Assembly: GCA_018398765.1 (NCBI GenBank)
Contig: JAHBMJ010000305.1
Location: 1 to 50,523, forward strand
DNA length: 50,523 nt
Origin: Chromera velia
Lineage: Eukaryota
Direction of reading: 5' to 3'
Within the stretch, counting starts at the first letter, position 1. Every line of letters begins with the position of its first letter. The notes under the pieces were generated by a model. It was not told the DNA's origin. It saw nothing but the letters and a program-made list of their open reading frames with translations, and did no database searches. A program made the position numbers and the translations under genes. Shown piece after piece: positions 45,801 to 50,523 of this stretch.

Positions 45801-48659
45801 CTAATAGACGGATGTGTATGTTCAGACTAGTTCGATCCTGGCTGTGCAACGTTTTGACTCAGAGATGAATCTTAAGATGTCTTCGCGCGTGCATGCATGC
45901 AAATTTGATCGACCGGTGATGAGTAGCGTGCGTGTCTCAGGGCTCCGCAAAGTTGGGCATGTTTGGTCCGGGAAAGCAGAATGTCTTTATCGCTTTCACA
46001 GAATAACTTTGCAGGGCCAGGCATAATTCTACCTTTTGGGACATCCTTTTTTTGAATCTTTAATGGCTCATATCTCTTAAACGGTAACGATGTTACACAA
46101 TAAGGGGTGATTCAATAACATGTTTGGCCGTCTCCATCATCTCCACAACTTTCGAATCGGGTCATAACTGCCTTCCGGGACCGCCTCTCAAAAGGCCCCG
46201 GCTCTTTCTATTCTTTCTTTTCTGTAGAGGGCCTCTCTCTCTCTATCTAGCTGCCGGGGTCCTTGGGCTATGCGTCCAATCCCGGCCTCGTTGCATGGGA
46301 TGGCCGGCCCTCGGCCCGAAGCGCGTGAGTACGACTCTGCAGATCCCCCCCGGCCCTGGAAAAGAAAATCGCGACCCCGCGATATGCATGCAGGCATATG
46401 AACGCAAAGAGGGCCCCGGCACACTTCGCATGCGCACGCAGATGAGGGACACACAAAGCAAAATCGGCTTGCGGCGGCTCAGTCTGAATTAACCTCCCTC
46501 ACTTCCCATTCTCCTTCTCCTTTCCCCATCCAGACTTCATAAACATTCTAGAGAGCACCTGACAAGCGGGGACGATGAAAAAACCAAGCCAAGGCAGAAA
46601 AACCTGAGAGGGACGCGCAATCATCTGTGGAGAAAGGATGTTCCGAATGGAGACGGCAGTTTGACAGCAGTTAGTCATGAAAAGTCGTCTCCTTCTCTCC
46701 TCTCCCAATCTGCACAGAAAACTTCACCAACCCCCCGACCTGCCTGTTTCCTCAAGTTAGCACATAGCATAACGGTCAGCTGGGACCGACTCGGAAGGGT
46801 GAAATCCGGTGTGATCGCCGATACTGTCACATGAGAGGAACTTCGGGACGAAAAACGGACAGGTGAGGGGGCGGTGAGAGGAGATGGGGAGGTCAGAGAG
46901 CCGAAGAGGTAAAAAGATGCAAGAGACACATCGTTAGAAGAGAACATTGTACAAAAAGAGTTATTGGGACGGAAAAAAGCAATGGAAAAGCAAAGACAGC
47001 CTGCTGGCAGTCCCGATGAGCACATGCGGGAAGACCTGAAAAAGGCCCCTGTTCCCGTTTCTGTTCTTCCGCCCCCTTTTCTTCTCCTATACAGCCAGGG
47101 ATAAGACAAGAAGTCAGCAGCGCACTCACTCATTGTAAAACAGATCCAAACACACAGAGAAATGGATTAAATTTCAGCACAGCCATTCTACCCTGTGTAC
47201 TGCGTACAGGAAAGAGGGCACACAAGAGCACAACGAAACAACGGAGGGGCAGAAGGTTGACGGGATAGGAAGAAAGTCAGTGAAGGAGAGAAGTCTGCTG
47301 AGAGGTCATCACATACAAACATAGACGTCGATTCGCATGAAGAAAGAAAACAAACGCACGGTCCCTTTCGCATTCTAATTCCATTCTCCCAAGTAGCTTG
47401 TTTCGACCCCCCCCCTGCCTAAATCCCTAATTCACATACACAGCGCAGCCAAGTGCTCTCCTCCTATTCGCCGTTTGCAGGTGGGAGACACAACTGTAGA
47501 CGGAAGAAGAAAAAACAGAGGGAAAGGAGGATGTTGAGACAGGGTGACAGCGGTAACAGAGGTAAGTCGTCCAGTACTATTGTTCTTGGGAGAGCACTCA
47601 AAGGGGAAAGAATAAAGATAGAAAGGCACATGTTCACAGCGGTCATCTGGAACAAGGTCTGTGAAGGAGACATGCATGGGGTCAGGTCCTTTCTCCGCTT
47701 GTCCGACAGCCCCCGTGCTCATTCCTTTTTCTTTCTTTCTTTTCCCACCCGGCACTGCGGTCCAAAGGGGAGTCGAATGAGAGCATCGTAAAGTGGAAAA
47801 AAAAAATGTCAGACGAGAAGGCAAGATCAAACGGTTGGCGGAGGTCTGCGCAGTTTCCCTTTCCATAAATCATAAAATCGATATGCTCTCTGGGCACTAC
47901 CTCCCCCTTTCGAAATTGTTCTCTCCCCTGTTCCTGCAGATCCTGAGGGCTCCTGCCCCCCCTCGATTTCGGTTCCTGAGAGCTTTTACTCCCCTTCGAT
48001 TTCAGTAAGGGCCCCTGCCCCCCTTTTGGTTCGGTAAGGGCCGTTGCCCCCCCTTCGGTTCCGGTGTTGTCCATGTTCTCTCATAGAAGTCACGGTGATA
48101 CTGGCGTTGTTCTGGAGGACGTTCACACTTTTTTTCTACCCACACACCAGTATCGGTAAGTTGATGCTTCCATTCACGCTTGAGACGAACGCTTGCAGAG
48201 ACTTCACTGAGAAGAGTGAGACCGAACGGGGAAAAGAGATCGAATGGAATTACGTGTGAAAAGTTAAACGAAGAACAGTCACTTCTGCATGCCGAAAAGG
48301 GTCCGTCACTCCCCCTGCCCTCCCCTCCCCATTCTTCTTTCCTCCCCCTTGATTTCCTTCCCCTCCCCTTCCCCTCCCCGTTCCTCTTCCCATCCCCTTC
48401 CCATCCCTTCCCTTCTCCCATAACCCCCCCCTTGCCCTTTCCTATTTGTTGAAAATTTGCTGGCGCCGGCGAGAGATGAGGTGGCAGCTGCCATGTGTCC
48501 TACTCTGTCTTTCAGTAGGTTTGCCACGACCCTTCTGCCCCTCTTGCTGTCGAGGGCAGGCTTTTGTCCTCTCTCTTTATACATATGGCCCCTCCCCCAT
48601 CTCTCCAGCCCCTTCCCGTTGCCTTTTCCCGGTTCGGTTCCCCCCTTCGGAATCCCCCC

Positions 48660-48674
48660 NNNNNNNNNNNNNNN
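48660..48674. other. Assembly gap (15 N)
   Basis: Run of n; single n also at 28314 and 28844. Confidence 0.99.
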
Positions 48675-48893
48675 CCCTAAAAGAACCCTGCGCAATCAAG
48701 GATGACTCGATCGGACGGCCACTTACGGATGCTCACTCGCACAGCATTATCTCTGTTGCATGCCACCCTAACGATCAAAGAAGCAGTTAGTCAGTTTCAT
48801 GCCAATCTAGATGCACCATGGCCACTTAGCGTCTCTTTTTCTTCTCTGTGTCTCTGCAGATGTGTTCGTCTGTCCATTCCTCCCGAGAGGGCC

Positions 48894-50279
48894 TTACTGG
48901 CCTCCACGGAGGCGGGCGTGAAATTCCTCGACCTTGTCGGCGCAGTCGAGCTCTTCCTCCGGGGTCCACTCCTTCTCTGCGTAGCCCTTGTACTTGACGA
49001 GGAACTCCGTCCCCCTTCTCATGCGCCGCTTAGCACAGATCTTTTCTATCTTATACTCTGCGAACTCGTCGTTGTCGATGGGGTCTGCCTGTTTCCCGTC
49101 CTCTTCTGGCTCGGGCATGAACCGAGAGAGGAAGGCGTCATTCTCCTTCAAGTCCCTATGGACGAAGGGCTTGGCGTTGTCGCGGTTGATCACACGACGT
49201 GTCTGGGCGCCCGGCTGCTTGAGCAGGAGCGTGCGGTTGTCTTTGACCTCGAGGACTCTGAAGGGCCCCTCGTATTTTGCGGTCAGTTTGGCTGCATAGC
49301 CTTTCTTCGTTTGCTTGACTCGTGCCCAGACGTAATCGCCCCTCTTGTACATGTAAAGGTTGCAGAACTGCTTGTTGCTGGCAATGCCATCTTTCAGGAC
49401 TCGTCTGCCTCTCTGCTCGGCCGCTTCCATGTAGATGTCTCGGGCGGTCTTCTTGTTCTCCTCCTGAATTTCAGAGAGGACCTTGACATAGTCCTGCGGG
49501 ATGATATCGGCACTTTCCTGCAGGTCGGTGCTGAGCTTCGTGGATGTCCTCGGAGGGAACCCAAAGAGGAACTCAAATGGAGAGATCCCGAGTGCTGCAT
49601 GTCGGGTGGCGTTGTGCAGGAAAGCTGCGACAGGCACGTAGCATACCCAGTCTTTCTGGTGCTCGGCGATATATGCGGACAGTGTCTGCTTGAGCTCTTG
49701 ATGCATCCTCTCGAGCTTCCCGTTGGCCTTTAGGTTGTATGTACTTGTACAGACCCTCTCTGTGCCGACGAGTTCGCTCACTGCGGTGACAATGGGGTTA
49801 AGGAAACTCGGCCCCTGGTCGGAGAGGAGGGTCACGGGGGAGCCGAAGACGAAGAAGACATTGTCAAGGAGCGCCCGCGCGATCGTTGTTGCCTTTTGAT
49901 TCGGAACGGCTATGAGGACCACAAACCTGGAGGCGAGGTCCATGACCGAAATAATGACTCGTTTGCCCTCCGAGGTAGGCAGAGGGCCAACGGTGTCGAC
50001 AGCGATGTGAGTGAGTGGCTCTGTCGACAGTGGAACGATCATGGGATGCTCCTTCTTGAAGGCGTCCTTTCTCTGCAGGCACGTCTCGCATGACTTGACA
50101 TAGTTCTCGATATCAGCCGTCACGGTAGGCCAGAAGAACTTGCCGGTGACCTTGGCCAGCGTGCTCCTGCTGCCCCCGTGCCCAGCGCAGAGATAACCGT
50201 GATGGTCAGCAAGGATCTCGGCCTGTAGGACACGAGACACCACTATGACATAATGAAACCTACCGGACTTTAACATCAT
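48894..50279 (-). CDS. Ty3/Gypsy integrase plus chromodomain, stop-free (3' part of a pol gene; the start codon is probably not genuine)
   Basis: HH...GHGG...FFWP...CETC zinc-binding region; IAVDTVGP, SDQGPSF, NGKLERMH (DDE intact); YEGPF; EYKIEKI...FLVKYKGY...EW chromodomain. Confidence 0.92.
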   Translation of the reverse strand: MMLKSGRFHYVIVVSRVLQAEILADHHGYLCAGHGGSRSTLAKVTGKFFWPTVTADIENYVKSCETCLQRKDAFKKEHPMIVPLSTEPLTHIAVDTVGPLPTSEGKRVIISVMDLASRFVVLIAVPNQKATTIARALLDNVFFVFGSPVTLLSDQGPSFLNPIVTAVSELVGTERVCTSTYNLKANGKLERMHQELKQTLSAYIAEHQKDWVCYVPVAAFLHNATRHAALGISPFEFLFGFPPRTSTKLSTDLQESADIIPQDYVKVLSEIQEENKKTARDIYMEAAEQRGRRVLKDGIASNKQFCNLYMYKRGDYVWARVKQTKKGYAAKLTAKYEGPFRVLEVKDNRTLLLKQPGAQTRRVINRDNAKPFVHRDLKENDAFLSRFMPEPEEDGKQADPIDNDEFAEYKIEKICAKRRMRRGTEFLVKYKGYAEKEWTPEEELDCADKVEEFHARLRGGQ

Positions 50280-50523
50280 TTCGGACTTTGAAATATAGGA
50301 ATAACATAGGGTGTTCTATTGTATTTAATCGTTGTTTATAAGCTTTTAAATTTAATAAACATTCTTTAAAACGTGATTCTTTTAAAACAAAAGATAAAAC
50401 AAAGAATTGAAGCTAGCTGTATTAATGTTAGATCATAGCTATATTTTAGTAACCATAATAGTAGCTGCATAATTGGCATATCTATGTATGATGCAATAAA
50501 TGCGATCGAAAAGTAGATAATCA

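Noticed and set aside
45820..46490. GC-rich segment with TTCAGACT/AGTCTGAA ends
   Set aside because: Only an 8-bp inverted match and no TSD; cannot be called an element.
47450..47800. Exon-like segment (TTGCAG...GTAAGT) and short ORFs
   Set aside because: Could not be joined into a coherent gene model.
48000..48660. Candidate 3' LTR of the integrase-bearing element
   Set aside because: The boundary falls at an N gap and no second copy is in the window.
48702..49733. 343-aa plus-strand ORF
   Set aside because: Antisense shadow of the GC-rich integrase ORF; no recognisable motif.

Overview
Eukaryotic, intron-rich and transposon-dense genomic DNA. The species cannot be determined from sequence. 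Splice style, TGCATGCA abundance and simple-repeat load are compatible with a protist such as a chromerid/apicomplexan relative (inference only). Two host genes can be modelled by hand: an 18-exon ankyrin-repeat gene (+, about 23072-31440, roughly one repeat per phase-0 exon) and a 3-exon Pro/Gln-rich, Cys-rich-tail (CYSTM-like) gene (-, 40469-41089). The rest is nested mobile DNA and repeats: a full-length decayed chromodomain Ty3/Gypsy element (13662-21662) carrying two hAT insertions and a foreign solo LTR; a 4.7 kb hAT-type element with two nested elements; two DNA-element families with 2-bp TSDs; several MITEs; a decayed Ty1/Copia pol; a stop-free Gypsy integrase-chromodomain ORF; minisatellites and microsatellites. 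Most notable observations: (1) a strong CpA>TpA (RIP-like) mutation signature in repeated elements, and (2) tandem amplification of 3' splice-site junctions inside the ankyrin gene (about 35 copies in one intron, 3 in another). No prokaryotic features, rRNA, tRNA or CRISPR arrays were seen. All coordinates were counted by eye.
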